A stretch of 64,000 nt of DNA from Perna viridis (Eukaryota), in the NCBI GenBank assembly GCA_037379345.1, contig CM074521.1:186001-250000 (forward strand). Reading direction: 5' to 3'. Made by a program: the position numbers and the translations under genes. The notes beneath the pieces were generated by a model. The model worked only from the letters and a program-made list of their open reading frames with translations, did no database searches and was not told the DNA's origin. Within the stretch, counting starts at the first letter, position 1, and each line of letters starts with the position of its first letter. Positions 1 to 13,045 of this stretch are shown here, piece by piece.

Positions 1-2300
1 TAAAACTAGCTCTAGTAGACCCTCAACTGAATTCGACACCACAACAAGATCGTTAGAATATAAAAGACAGCTTATCATTTAAGACAAATCATGACCCCTT
101 TTATAACTGTTTGAATAAGTACATGTAGCACTAGATCGTCTGCAAAAAGGATAGCTGCAACCTTGACGAACACCAATATCTACAATAATCCAATCCGTGA
201 ACAATAATAAAAATATCGTACAGTACTAAAGATACGATCCTGAAACTCATAGTATTGTGTGATTTACAGGATCAAACGCTATGCTGAAGTCATTGAAACA
301 CACATATATATGTTTGTTTCAATGACTTCAGCATAGCGTTTGATCCTGTCAATGTGAAACACATATATGTGTCCTTCTACTGATTTGCGATTTCACAGGA
401 CAGAACATAGAGAAGAGATATGATTGAGTCAGGACCTTAAACTTCTAAAACCGTTGTATTCCTCGCTGACTTAAATTTTCTAGATACTAGACTAGTCTAT
501 CGTTCAAGATTTGCTACTCTATTCAACACCATAGCGACGGCTGACATCATGCTTATGGATCTATAGCTGTGAAGTTTACAATAGTCCTTTCCTTACTTTG
601 ACAACGGACAAATTATACTCGCACCAAGCACCAGGCATCACGCCATGTAAAAAACAGACATTGCATAGTTCAGGTAGAATGTTTGTCAATTTATCACTTT
701 TAAAAATTCGTTTGGTTTATTGTCTACACCGACGGTTTCCCTATTTTTATGAAGGTAACGCCTTTTTAGTTTCTTCGAGAGCAATAATGTCATTGACCTC
801 CATCATATCGTTTGCATTACCATTGTCTTTTGGGTAGAAGTTCTATAGTTTCCAGTTCTAGACGCGAAATCTAGTCCAGAAGATCTGACAAAAACTAGTC
901 ATCAGCTTTCACTATTTCACTTGTAATCAGTTTTGAGTATTCCTCTTTCCACCTGTCTAATTGTCTGTCTGGTTATGTGAAAGTGATACATCAATAGTGT
1001 TTACAGCATCTTTTGGAGTCTACTGTTTTCCTGGAATAAATTTGTTTACCTCTCGCCAAAATTCCTTTGGTTTATTGCGGTTGAAAAGTTTATGTTTATC
1101 TAACTTAACGCCATACTGTCTTATCGCATGACGAGGATTTTTTTTAAATGTCATTGTTTTGCTTTGAATATATTCCTTGAAAGTGTTTTCTCTCGTCAGT
1201 CATATTTGAATTTTAGATACTTTAGATACACGGTTTTGTTCTCGGCAAACAGTTGATTTTTCAGATCGTCCGCCCAAATTGCTCTTTCTTGATGTTTGTT
1301 TCTTCCTTGATTTTCACAACTGTGTGTTGTCTATAAATTCGAGTTTATCGTCCATTTCTGTATATTCATTCAATTTGTTTATGTTTCTGTTAACAAGTAA
1401 AGAGTCAATCACTCTTCCAGGACTTTGCATGCATTATTAGTTGGGATGTCTATCACTTATATTTCCGTTAGTGAAGTTTAATTTCCGATTTAAGTTGTAC
1501 TTATGAAAAATCCATCTTGTTTCGAATGTGCTCGAAATCGCTGTACACAAAAATGCACATAAGAATGGAGTGGTCATGAATTCTCGAAGCAGGTTACACT
1601 AGTATGCCAGAATCTAACAAAATGTCTGATGCAAGTTTACTTTAAAATCATAGTATTTGTCTATGTATGTGTCAAAGACTGACCTCCCCTGTGACGATAC
1701 ACAAGAGAAATGGTCTTTTGAAGGATCCCCGCGACCGATCAACAATTAAAAGGTTGCATTCTTTGACAAATCAAGAGAATGGTCACACACAAACTACATA
1801 GTTCTTTAACATGTCAACGTTTCGGAAGATAATTCATTGAGTCTAGTCTTGAAAGTCTTGAAAACTACCAATACGTTCATTGAAATCGCCATTTAAAAAA
1901 AAGAATTTCTTGTACTTTAAAAATATATTTGTGATAGAAGATGCTTTTAAAACTAATCAGAAATGTTGCCTATGCTCAGTTTTTATTGTTGTCGGTGGGT
2001 GATACAGATTAAAAAAAAATAAATCTGGATCACATCGGCATTTTAGATAAATCCACAATCTATCATCTCCACTCTTATTAAGAAAACCAATTACACAAAT
2101 ATCCAATAATGGGTTTTTAAACTAGAAATTCGAAAACCTTGCTACCTTGGTATCGGACCGGTTCCATGTATATATTTTTGGCATGCATAGTCAACGTCTT
2201 TCAAGTTGTATTTGCCCTTTAAACCTCTACGCCATTATTGAAAAGAACTAATACTTGTCTCATACAAACCGAACTAATTGCATTAACCAAACCGTTATCT
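1..2300 (-). mobile_element. Decayed non-LTR retrotransposon (LINE) with APE endonuclease and RT relics
   Basis: Hand translation of the minus strand gives ordered motifs: GDFNERIG (~1870-1892), DHSI (~1570), NKPKEFWREVNKF (~1040-1080), SYRSISMMSAV (~540-570), EEYNGFRSLRS (~430-465), CFNDFSIAFDPVNH (~255-300), GVRQGC next to FADDLV (~130-175). Many stops, frameshifts and deletions; outer boundary approximate. Confidence 0.85.
266..349. repeat. Near-perfect 84-bp palindrome inside the LINE RT relic
   Basis: Arms 266-300 and 315-349 are exact 35-bp reverse complements; the spacer contains ACATATATATGT, itself palindromic. Confidence 0.95.
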
Positions 2301-5300
2301 TGACCTCCAATCACTTGAGCAGCGGTCACTACGTATCCTATTCTGATTGCGTCTAAATTCCGTTAACATATACATTAAGGCTATCGTGGTCGGTGCCGTC
2401 GAATTGAAGAACCAGTTTATGTTTTTACAGAATTAATTGACTGACGTCTTCTTGGTTCCATGTTTTGATTCGATCCATCTTTGGACATTTTCATATATTT
2501 TAATCCTGTTTTCACCCTAGGCGAAGTCTTAAGTCATTTCATCGTTCAAATCATTTACATGTGTTTTGATTTCCTTTTTTGTGCTTAGATGAGGTTGTAG
2601 ACGGAGGACGTGAGGGAGGTGAGGTTATAGTCTGAATAGCGGGAATGATTTTGTAGGGTTAGGCAAATCAATGTGCTAAGTTTATACTTTCCAAAGTCTT
2701 GATCGAGTTTTAAGTAAACAATAGCAGTCGTGACTGTGAAACTTTCTATTTGATCGTTATGATTTGATTATCTCAGAAAAAATAGACGTCCATCTTGTTA
2801 GTCTCACTTTCACGTCGTGTCTACACAACTAACATGTAGCTATTTGCAAAAAAAAATACCTAGTCCATTTAATTAAAGTGATGTTGTTTACAACACAAAG
2901 GATATACGTTCACAGTTTAATAGTTGATCTATTCAATTCATTATAAACCTCGTCTTCACGAAGTAATTGTTGTTTGACGATTACAATGTTACTTTTGATC
3001 TTATGTTTACTGAAAATAGAAACAAATTCTGTTGGATTCCAATCGCTTTGACATTTATTGCTTGCTAACATAGAAAGACTATTATATTATTTTATGATAG
3101 ACAGACATTAAAGCTACCAAAAATGAAGGAAGGTAATAATAACATAATAAAGATTTTAAGATGTCAGGGTAATAATGAAATGGCTATTAACGCGTTATTT
3201 GTGTATTAGATATGAACTTAAATTCTAATTACGAGTTTGGAGAAAGGACAGTATTGCAATAAAACTCTGTTATTTTTAAGCTTTAATTATACAAAACAGA
3301 GATTGCTTGCTGAGATAGTTAATAATATTCATCCGTCTAAGAACTGTGCAGACGGCAAAAATGTAAGATACAAATAAAACAAATATTCATACGATGTCTA
3401 GAATTTGTTTACAAAGAAATTAAGAAATGTGAGGTCTAACTGAAAACACACACAACCGTGACAAGTTATATATTCACTGAAAAAAAATAAATGTTAAAGG
3501 TTAATATGGTCAGGCTTCATTTTGTTTTAACTGATTAACAGTTTCTTGTAAAATACAAATCTCTATGGAAGTTGTCTATGGTTAAGACTATATACTCGGT
3601 TGTAGCCAATTAATTATTAAATACATACACGACAGACAATTTTATGTTAACAGGGTACCATAGATATTAAGACGTTATCATTATTGTTAGAACTATTGAT
3701 GATTATTTATACCTGAAACATCAATTCATGCAGCGTAGGTTTCCATATTGATAGTCAGTCATTTTACTTCAATACGTGTAGATATCTTGAAAGTTATAAA
3801 CCTCCGTTTACACTATATAACATATCTGTATTCCTCTATTACATATTTTCCACATTCCAAAAAGAAAATTTCATCTTCATTTCATTTTTACCATGAAAGA
3901 GGCTTATAAAATATGGATTTAAGATTTACCATGCATGACACACAAATTTGAGAATAATTAAACGATAACATTTTTCATAGAACAATGATTAAAGGCGTTG
4001 CCTATTAGGGCTAAAATATATGTATTCAACGTCATACTAATGCATGTTATAAATTTACATATTTAAAAAATATTTTTCTGGATATTCGTACTTGAAATAC
4101 AGATTTGTATATACATGTAGTTTTTGAACAATTCAATTAGAACGTCTTGCAGGATTCCTTGGTTGCATTTACCAGTTGTAATATCTAACAACGGTATGGA
4201 GTCAATTCGTATCCGCAGTTTTGAAGCATTAGTGTTGAGTTCCACACAAAGAGATGCCTCATGTTAAACGTTTTACTGCTTCTACCACAAGATACTATTG
4301 TAAATATGAGCTCAAAATGGACGTTTTATACTGATTGTCCCGTTCCTGAAATCTCTCGTTGTCACCTCTTTTAAGATACATTCCTGTACGTTTATTGTTC
4401 ATATATGTTTGTCCAGTAATTCGGAATTCTCAAATCCCCACACGATTTAAATTAAAGCTGCATTAGCTGCCCAATTTGTTCAGTTTTGATTTTTAATCAA
4501 AGAAGATCGATAGCTCAGATCTAATTATTATTAGTCAATACTTCCGAAGGTTGCCAACAGGACATTAACCTGGGTTAAAAATACTTTAACCTTGGTAAAA
4601 CAAATAACAATAACGGATACACAGGTAAGCATGTATCTTGTTTTCATTTCATTTCATCTATTTCTTGATTAGTTTTCAAATAAAGAATGACAGTTACTGA
4701 ACATATTTGTGTCACATCGTATCACAATACATTTCAAATTCAAAAAATACTTGCATTAAATTCGAATTATTTTCCTTTTACGGATTGAGTCCTACGGCCT
4801 TCCATTGATTAACCATTTTTGCTTTGCAATAAGATTTATTTAAAAAAAAAGCGACCCTTACAGCATATGCAGGGATTAAGGTCACCAGAAGTCACATACA
4901 TACGAATGTATCTCGGTCGACTTTTTGTCTTGACAATAAATATATAGACACCTATTTCATGTATTTAACACGTTTTATTTGTGGATTTCGAATGAAATTA
5001 TACAGGGAAAGTACAATTTAGTAGAAATAATTCAAAGTTAAGTCATAACAGAAACACAAAATTACAAAAATGACATCTAATGCAGCGTAAAAAAAAAAAC
5101 TATTGTAAAAACAACCACTGTCTCATACGAAAATAATACAAATGAAATTAGACATTAGAAATTTAACTCGAGAAAAGATAATAAAACGACAACCGATCAG
5201 CCAGATCTCCCCAAAATATAACACAATCAAATGAACCAATTATGTGTTAATTGAACAATACTTCAATCAGATTTAATTGATATCAATCCGGTTGAACAAT

Positions 5301-6419
5301 ACTTCAATCATCCTTTAACATTGTTGTCAAGTTAAGGGATCCATATACATTCATATTATGTCTTTGGTTAGAAATACAATAAAACATTTGTAGCATTTAA
5401 TGAGCATGTGCATTATACTAAATCAACTCTAAAACATCGATTTAGCATAGTAGCAATGATGGATGCTTGTTGTTCATTGAATAACACAAATCATTCTTGT
5501 GATACTGATGATTATGACATTGATTACTTGCCAGCATAAATAGATAATATAACATCTCAAAAAAGACGTCTATTACCGGACAGGAAACAGTTTTCAATTA
5601 AGTCTGAAGTGTAAAAGGGTGATGGGTAGACCGGTCTGAAGTTGGAGTACAGTTCACTATTCACTATTGAAAAGTGAATAAAAACTAGTGTACTATTCAT
5701 TATTCGAACCTACATGAAACATCAGACAGGTCATTAAGTAGATATCTACTTCAAGACTAGCTAGATAAATATTTTCAAGATTATGAAATGAACAAGTCGT
5801 TAATATTTCAACGGTATCATTTATGATACTAGGTACACATGCTACAGATAAAATACACTCGGGGGCTCGGGGGAACTCCAATATTTCTTTGACCTCTTAT
5901 ATAAGGAGTGTTCCCTTGATTATGATACACTACTAGGACACATTTATTGACATACATGTATCATATTTTTCCCCACCTATTCGCATATTTGCAAGCTGGA
6001 AATGGAATATTAAGGAAGTGCCCCCAACTCCCACACCGAACAAATGAAAGATAAAATTATAACAATCATATTAATATATTAATGTTACAATACTTACAAT
6101 TAATATATAGCAAAATCAATATTTATTACATTTGAAAGTAAAAATTATCACGATGAAAAATGAAAAAAAAGAGAGAGGTTTAATTAATGATTTTGCATCT
6201 GCATCTACAACCACGTTCAATGAAGTGTGACTGATTTAACTCTCCACATAAAATAATAAAAGAATGAATAGACGAAGTCTGGCAAGCAGTTCATATACAT
6301 TAAGCACAAACAATCGTTATTTTAGCTGTGGGGTGGACACCAAGACGTGATTTTTACGCTGTTGCCGTACGTACGCAGCATGTCTTAACATTCCGTTCCC
6401 GTCAAAAATATGACAGTAT

Positions 6420-7010
6420 TTAGTAATATATTTATTCAGCAAAATACATATGTCATTTAATACAAAACAACTTTATATCTGACAGGATCTGGAAACAAGC
6501 CTCAAGGATTTTACAAGTCCGTCTCCTGCGAAATTGACAACAATATAATACAAAGATTACATGCTCTTAATACATGTAACATAATTTAAACTGTTAACAC
6601 ATCGTGGAAAAGGAGATGGTGAAGAGTTCAATTCGGAAAAAAATGAAATTAATCAAGTTGCAAGTCAATTAATAATTAATAATTAATAATTAATTAGAAT
6701 AAATTTCCGCACCTTGATAAAAACTGCTTATTTTGATCGTCGGTCATCTGATCAGAACCAAATAGTAAACTATTAGTATTTAACATAACTGGTAAATTTA
6801 TGGAAAATAGAGTCTCTGCGAAGTTCTCGATATCTTTCACATTGTAATAAGAAATGAGATATTGATTCACTTCTACCGCAAACGCAATTCGGTGAATCCA
6901 CTAGGTTGCGGGAAAAAAGATTCTTTCACAGTCTAGCATGTAAAATCTGTCCAATTCTTGATCCGCTATGATAATAGGCAGCATTGATATTACTATAACA
7001 ATCATCAATG
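6420..7010 (-). mobile_element. 3' fragment of a LINE (C-terminal Cys/His region plus 3' UTR)
   Basis: Minus strand reads RIGQILHARL...NLFSRNLVDSPNCVCGRSESISHFLLQCERYRELR, the CxC..E...H...C motif typical of the C-terminus of LINE ORF2 proteins. Confidence 0.75.
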
Positions 7011-8139
7011 AGGAAATACTGCAAAAGAAGCAAAAATACAAAATGTACTATTTTGTTTTGGAAAAATACTTGCGATTTAAAACAATACATGTCAGGAATT
7101 GAAAAACAAATACATTGTAAATATAGAGTGTTTATTAGCTAAATAAAAATTCTACAAGTTCTTCTCGCAGATCCGGTCCTGATTTCTGTAAAAGAAAACA
7201 AAGGTTACTATTACTCAGACAAAAAAAAAAAGCCCAAATGTTTCCTGAAATTTCTAACGCAAGAAAAAGACAAAGTAATATAACACTGTATCAAATGATA
7301 TTACTGCTAAGAAACAACTTCAGAGATATGTAATAGGCGTCATAATTGTAATCCTAAAGTTTTGGAATCTTAATTTCACACTAAAACAAAGAATGACTCT
7401 TACATTTCCTGGTATATTTATGTTATTCAAAAAATGAAGTGCTTTAGCTGTTGAAATAACAAATACTCCAGTCTCCCGCTGAAGTCCTATGTTCTAACCT
7501 CTGAAAGAATCAGTACACATCAAATGATAAAGTGTATAGATGTCCAAAAATTCCGGGTACAATTTCTGACTTCGAAATAGTATATTCAACGAAACTTTCT
7601 TCACTCATTTCGTACGTGTAAATCTAATTTTCGTAAGAAAAAAGTCTTTTCATTCAAACCGCCTTATCCCTGCTGTTCGTAAATACAATGGAATTCATCA
7701 TGACATGCATACAATGAAACGATATCACAAAAGCTTATTAATTTGATGTACAGAAATACAATCATATTCTTGCTTGTGTACTGTGCATTTTCCCATGGTA
7801 ATAGTTACCTTTGGACTATCAAATACTGCACGAGTCTCGCTCTACTTTTTCTTTATAACGTCTTATAATGTCTTATAATACAAGTTATAGCTAAAGATAA
7901 TCACTAAGTGAGAAATGCACACCCTCTTCCTCATTTGGTAAAATGCAACGTTTGACCTCCATTTTGATTCGGATCAAAATCAAAAATAGAAGGCGCACAT
8001 TGTGAATATGAGAAGTGTCGTCCAATTACATTCGGTGGTGTAGGAAGAGTAACGGATTAGAGGTGTTATTCTTCTGTGCAACGGAATGAAAGAAATAGAA
8101 AGTACAGACGGAAGAAAGGACAGACAGGCGGAATAAAAT

Positions 8140-8430
8140 TCAATTTTGTGAGACAAAAGTCTATTTTGTGTCACAAAATTCGCTTACTATATCCACTGAG
8201 AGACCTTCTTACAAAATCGTGATGAGAGAATTCATTTACATATCTAAAGGATTATGTAAATTAATTGCATACAAAATTGACTTTTGTCTCACAAAAGTGA
8301 ATTTTGTGTCACAGAATCGAATTTTGTGACACATAATTGAACTTTGTGACACAGAATTGACTTTTGTGACACAGAATTGAAAATTTATAATGTTATTTTT
8401 GTTGAACAAAATTCACTTTTGTCTGTACAA
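8140..8430. repeat. Short ~20-bp tandem array (AATTTTGTGACACAGAATTG-like) in an intron
   Basis: About 6 consecutive 20-bp units at 8270-8382, plus dispersed units at 8140-8180 and 8395-8430. Confidence 0.8.
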
Positions 8431-10469
8431 AACCACAAGAGTCCCATTCGACACCCTGTACGGACACCCCCATCACTCATAAACGAACCCTTATCAGGCT
8501 GGGATTCATATGGAGCTGCCACGGCGTACGTAATTTATTTTTTTTACTAAAGTCTCTTTATCTGAAGTCATGGATTCGCCCCAACGTAATGTAGATATTA
8601 GATATTAAATGTACCCATATAATACGTTCAAAAAGTAGTATAAGTACCTCATTACTTTCATTGCTTTTTGTTTTTCACTTTCGCTGATCAAATGCATTGG
8701 ATCAGCAATAAAAATTCGTCGTTTGATGAAATCAGTGACATAGAATAAATAAATAAGTGATTCCTGTTCGGAAAAAAAAACATTTAGATTGCTGCTACAT
8801 ATTATATTCTCAATATAATTCTGATACATTCTAAATGTCATGCAACATTGATGCCAACAGACAATAACAGTATAATGACTTGAATACGGATGAGACTTAG
8901 TATCCGTTTAAAACGGCAGTCTTGCTGAGGTTTTTTTTTACTCGTGCCGAATTCGTATTTTGTTTTTATTTCTAGTCAATCCACTTTAATTTTCTTCATC
9001 CTTATTATCATGATGTTTGATGTGTGTAGGCCTCGGTCATGATACGTGTCTCCCCCACCTATGATACGTTTCTTTCTCACTAATGATCCTGATAGTAATG
9101 CGACGAACAAGTAGTTATGTAATGGCAGACGAATGGGGGAATGAAAGAGTGACCTCATATATCACCAATAAATATACTGCCAATATATATTGGTTGCTCA
9201 AATGGAACGATTGCAGTATAAATATGTATATTACAGGAGAAATGACCGTATCGACAGCCATATTTACCAACATTTGCTGTTGTTGTTGCTTTTACCATAA
9301 CCAAAATACTTGATCTATCTTAGAAATCGTCTTTCTAATTTTCCACTTAAAACATTACCATTAAAGACCAATGATCCGACGTATGCACCGGTACGAAAAC
9401 GTATCTTTTGGATAAAATGTCAGTCTTGACATTTAGGTTTTGCCTGTTTTTCCATCTTGGAAAAAACGAATCTAAGAATAAGCACGAACCATCCAAACAT
9501 ACTTTTTCCAATGCCGCACCAATGACCTGAAGGAAAGTAAATTGAAACTCAATGTTGCGTTTCAACTGTTCTGTATCCGTTAATGATATGATTTTTTTCT
9601 CTTTACACCAAAAGTAAAAAAAAAAAAAAACTGAAAATGTGTTAAGTATCTACAAGATAAATGAATCATACAGCATTGTGTATTGCTTAGTTCCATTGTC
9701 TTTTGTTTGACTTGTACAAGTTTCAAGTTGTTGAACATTTGTGTATTGCTACTTATCAGTTTTATTAAAGGCAAATAGTCCTAATATTCTAATAACACTT
9801 TTTCAGTTCACTGGAAGATATTGTTGCGATAAATGCTATTTTGGCTCTAGCATTAGGTTTTGCCTGTTTTTCCATCTAGGAAAAAACGAATATAATAATA
9901 AGCACGAACCATCCAAACATACTTTTTCCAATGCCGAATCCAATTGCCAGCCTTTGGACAACTGTTCTCGTTTGATTATGACTTTGGTGTAATTTAACAA
10001 AACGGACAAATTGCCAACTAAATCCTTGTCGCTATCACTGAAAACTTCTCCCTGAAATACAACAAAACTTATCATTCTTTAATCATACCATTCTGAAATA
10101 AATGTAGTAAGACAAAGTAGGTTAAACAATGAGCAGAGGGTACTGTAGTTATGAAATTGAAGCAGGAAATATCAGGGTTAGGTGTGATATTCTGTGCAGA
10201 CATTCAATACTCGCATTATTATATCTCAAGTGGTACGAAATTTCGACAAAAATATAGCAAAGCGCCAATATTAGGACAATTTTTGGTACATCAAAGTCCT
10301 AATACGTACATGACCTGTACATGAAAACATAAACAAACTCTAAAGTCGAAAATAAAAAAATGAAAATAAAAATTGAATAAAAAATGATAATCACAAAAAA
10401 ATAACATTTATACTAAATTACTCTTTTTCATTATATTATCTTATCCGGCAAATACGTAATAGTCTTGTG

Positions 10470-10471
<2 letters not shown>

Positions 10472-10502
<31 letters not shown>
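10472..10502. repeat. (CA)n microsatellite
   Basis: Pure dinucleotide run. Confidence 0.95.
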
Positions 10503-10504
<2 letters not shown>

Positions 10505-11690
10505 TCATCAATAATGATGATATACCAGTACTACTTACCATACACGTTGAATTATCTTCTTCAGTTCTTGTGTAATTTAAATATTTAGTATAGGCAAATA
10601 TATACGAAGATTTCTAACAAAAAAGAACAAAAAAAAGGGAGAAACTATTAAAATACAGTTGTTGTAACCTGTACAGATACTGTGTGAACGATATAAAGAC
10701 TATAACAGCAAATATTAGTATTTACTTAGTTTCAAGTTAATTTTATCATTGGTAATATACAACAGAGGTAGGTCTAAAATTTATACTCCAATATTTGATT
10801 TGAATATAGTGTACAAATATTCAGTAGAGAGTTCAATTTTAAAACAGCCTGGAATTTGTTTAGAAACAATCATTTTTAACAGCAATTGCTGTAAAAGACC
10901 ACAGTTCTTTAAAAACACGTTTGTTTTAAAAGGGTTAATATATAGTAATAATCCATTATTACAGCTAAGTTCACTTGCAGAACATTTTACTAACTTGTAG
11001 TACTTCATTGTTTATAAACGAGACCGGCTTTCTTGATATTGACTTGTCATCGTAAGTATAAACAGACTGTCTTCAATGACTGCAGCCCAGTCTTAAATCA
11101 AACCATGTGTAAATATACAAACATCTGAGGAGTGCATAGAAATTTTCTAAGAACATAAAGAACAACTTAGTACTAACTAGATGTAATGTGCGTGATTTTT
11201 TTTTATTTTGTACTGGAGTATCCTGTTGGTTCTAAAATACAATATCATTAAATTTTGACATTAGAATATTCCAAATTTGCCAGACGGTATTTTTTCTAAA
11301 TTCAAATAGTTATGCAAGAACAAAAACTTGAGTTTGAAACCCGACCAAAATTCGATTCGTGTACATTCAAAACCAGTGGGTCTTTAATCTTGGATATTAA
11401 TATTCACCATGTTGCAAAGTGAAATAGTTAAATGTAATCATCACTGAATGAACATCAGCGGAATATTACAGCCACTTAACATTTAGGAGAATTTAAAAAA
11501 AAATCAGTGTATAATGTACCTTTATCAACAGTTTCTGTTAGAACATGCATTTATTCTTCTGTCTTGATCATGTTGACCCACATTTCCTGTTTACTATTTA
11601 AACATGTTAGAAGATCCATACAATCCAATGTTGTTTGAAATGCAATTTAGTTTCCATGCAGCAGCACTAACACGAAGCGATCCATATACA

Positions 11691-12450
11691 TGTTATGTCG
11701 TAAATTGTGTGGTCGGGACGGAGAGGTCGAGGGCATGGCATGGCTCCTCGAGATGTCGACTGCCTCCCCGTCCGACACGTTTTTATGAACAGTCACTATA
11801 ATTTTCGAGTGGAGTGACGGTGTTCTCTTGCTATGTCTGGTATGCATGTAGTTTGGTTTTGCGTCCCTGGCCTATCGGACACTGCATGCTTTCGAGGCTG
11901 GCCTGGTATATAAAGATATCAAGTTTTTACTCTTTATTTTCCTGAACGTACACAGTGATGCCAGGACTGGGTTGAGCTCTCTTAAAAACCCAGTATCACG
12001 TGCTGTCGGTCCTGTCTTTATTTACCAATGAAATCTCTTAATTTTATTTAATTTCCAAAGATGAATATACATAACGCCTTAGTATAGGAAACGTTTGGTT
12101 ATGTATATTGCATTTACTCCACCTTACTTTATCTTTTTATGTCTGATACTCTTTTAATTTATTTATCCTTAAACAATGGAAACTATTACCTAAAGCAATT
12201 ATTTTGCTAATCTCTATAAAGTGGCAGCTGTTTACCTAAATTATTAGCAAGACAATTGAGTAGGCACCAAAGAATTCAAACCTATTTAGTCTATCGACAC
12301 AGATTACGTATTATTTAATGTTACAAATATTTCTTTCTTTCGGCTAAATTTACAAATATGTCAAGACATTATCAATTTACTTAAGCTAAAATGTAATTTT
12401 ATTTATTTTTAATTTATGCTGAATCATATAGAATTTTACTGCATCACATA
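11691..12450. repeat. Copy A of a ~0.8-kb direct duplication (partner 16615-17429)
   Basis: Colinear high identity from TATGTCGTAAATTGTGTGG to GCATCACATA; copy A lacks ~55-60 bp present in copy B. Confidence 0.95.
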
Positions 12451-13045
12451 TTCTTGTTGTTCAAAGAAATTGTTCCTGCAGTTTTATTTATTATCTAACA
12501 TTTTCTTTTCATTGTTACTATTAGATTATTCCTGCTGTTCAAGGCTTTATATATAGCCATCTATTTATTCATAATCTTTGCTGAATCATATAAAATTTTA
12601 TGCTGATAAAAGCAATTCTTACAGATTAGAATGTTTCTTTTCTCAATAACTCATGTTTCATTTAAATGTACCATTTAAGTATTTCGCTATACATGTATAT
12701 TTCTACATATTAAGTTGAGTATCTCACTTTTTCGGTAGTTTGCGCGAACCCCAAGACATGCCACGGCGTTTAACTCTCTTTTCTGGAGCAACCCGTATTC
12801 CTGGCAGCTTGTTCCGACCCCAAATTCTACCGTGAGTCATACCCTCGGCTTTTTTTCATATTTAACCTCGCTTTTTAAAACCTTTTAGTGCAACAAGCTT
12901 ACAAGCAGTGTGTATACTCAGTCTACAATTATTTAATTTATAAAAATGTTCCTACATATAAACTTGTATACGATACCATCACGTTACGGGGATCTGCCCC
13001 TTGAGCACTAAACTTAAATACACTTGTTAGCAAGACTACTTAAAT

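Larger units (their letters stand above)
7135..10613 (-). pseudogene. Multi-exon Ulp1/SENP-like (peptidase C48) cysteine protease pseudogene
   Basis: Exons: 10613-10539 (KSSYIFAY...STCM); ~10052-9850 (GEVF...EQLSKGWQLDS, fused to a duplicate of the next exon); 9526-9359 (...KRYVFVPVHTSDHWSLM); 8739-8648 (VTDFIKRRIFIADP..., acceptor TAT instead of TAG); probable ~7859-7809; 7500-7404 (GD[T]GVFVI, i.e. DCGVFV with a 2-bp deletion); 7185-7135 (KSGPDLREELVEFLFS*, AATAAA overlapping the stop). The His-Asp-Cys motif order matches C48. Confidence 0.8.
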
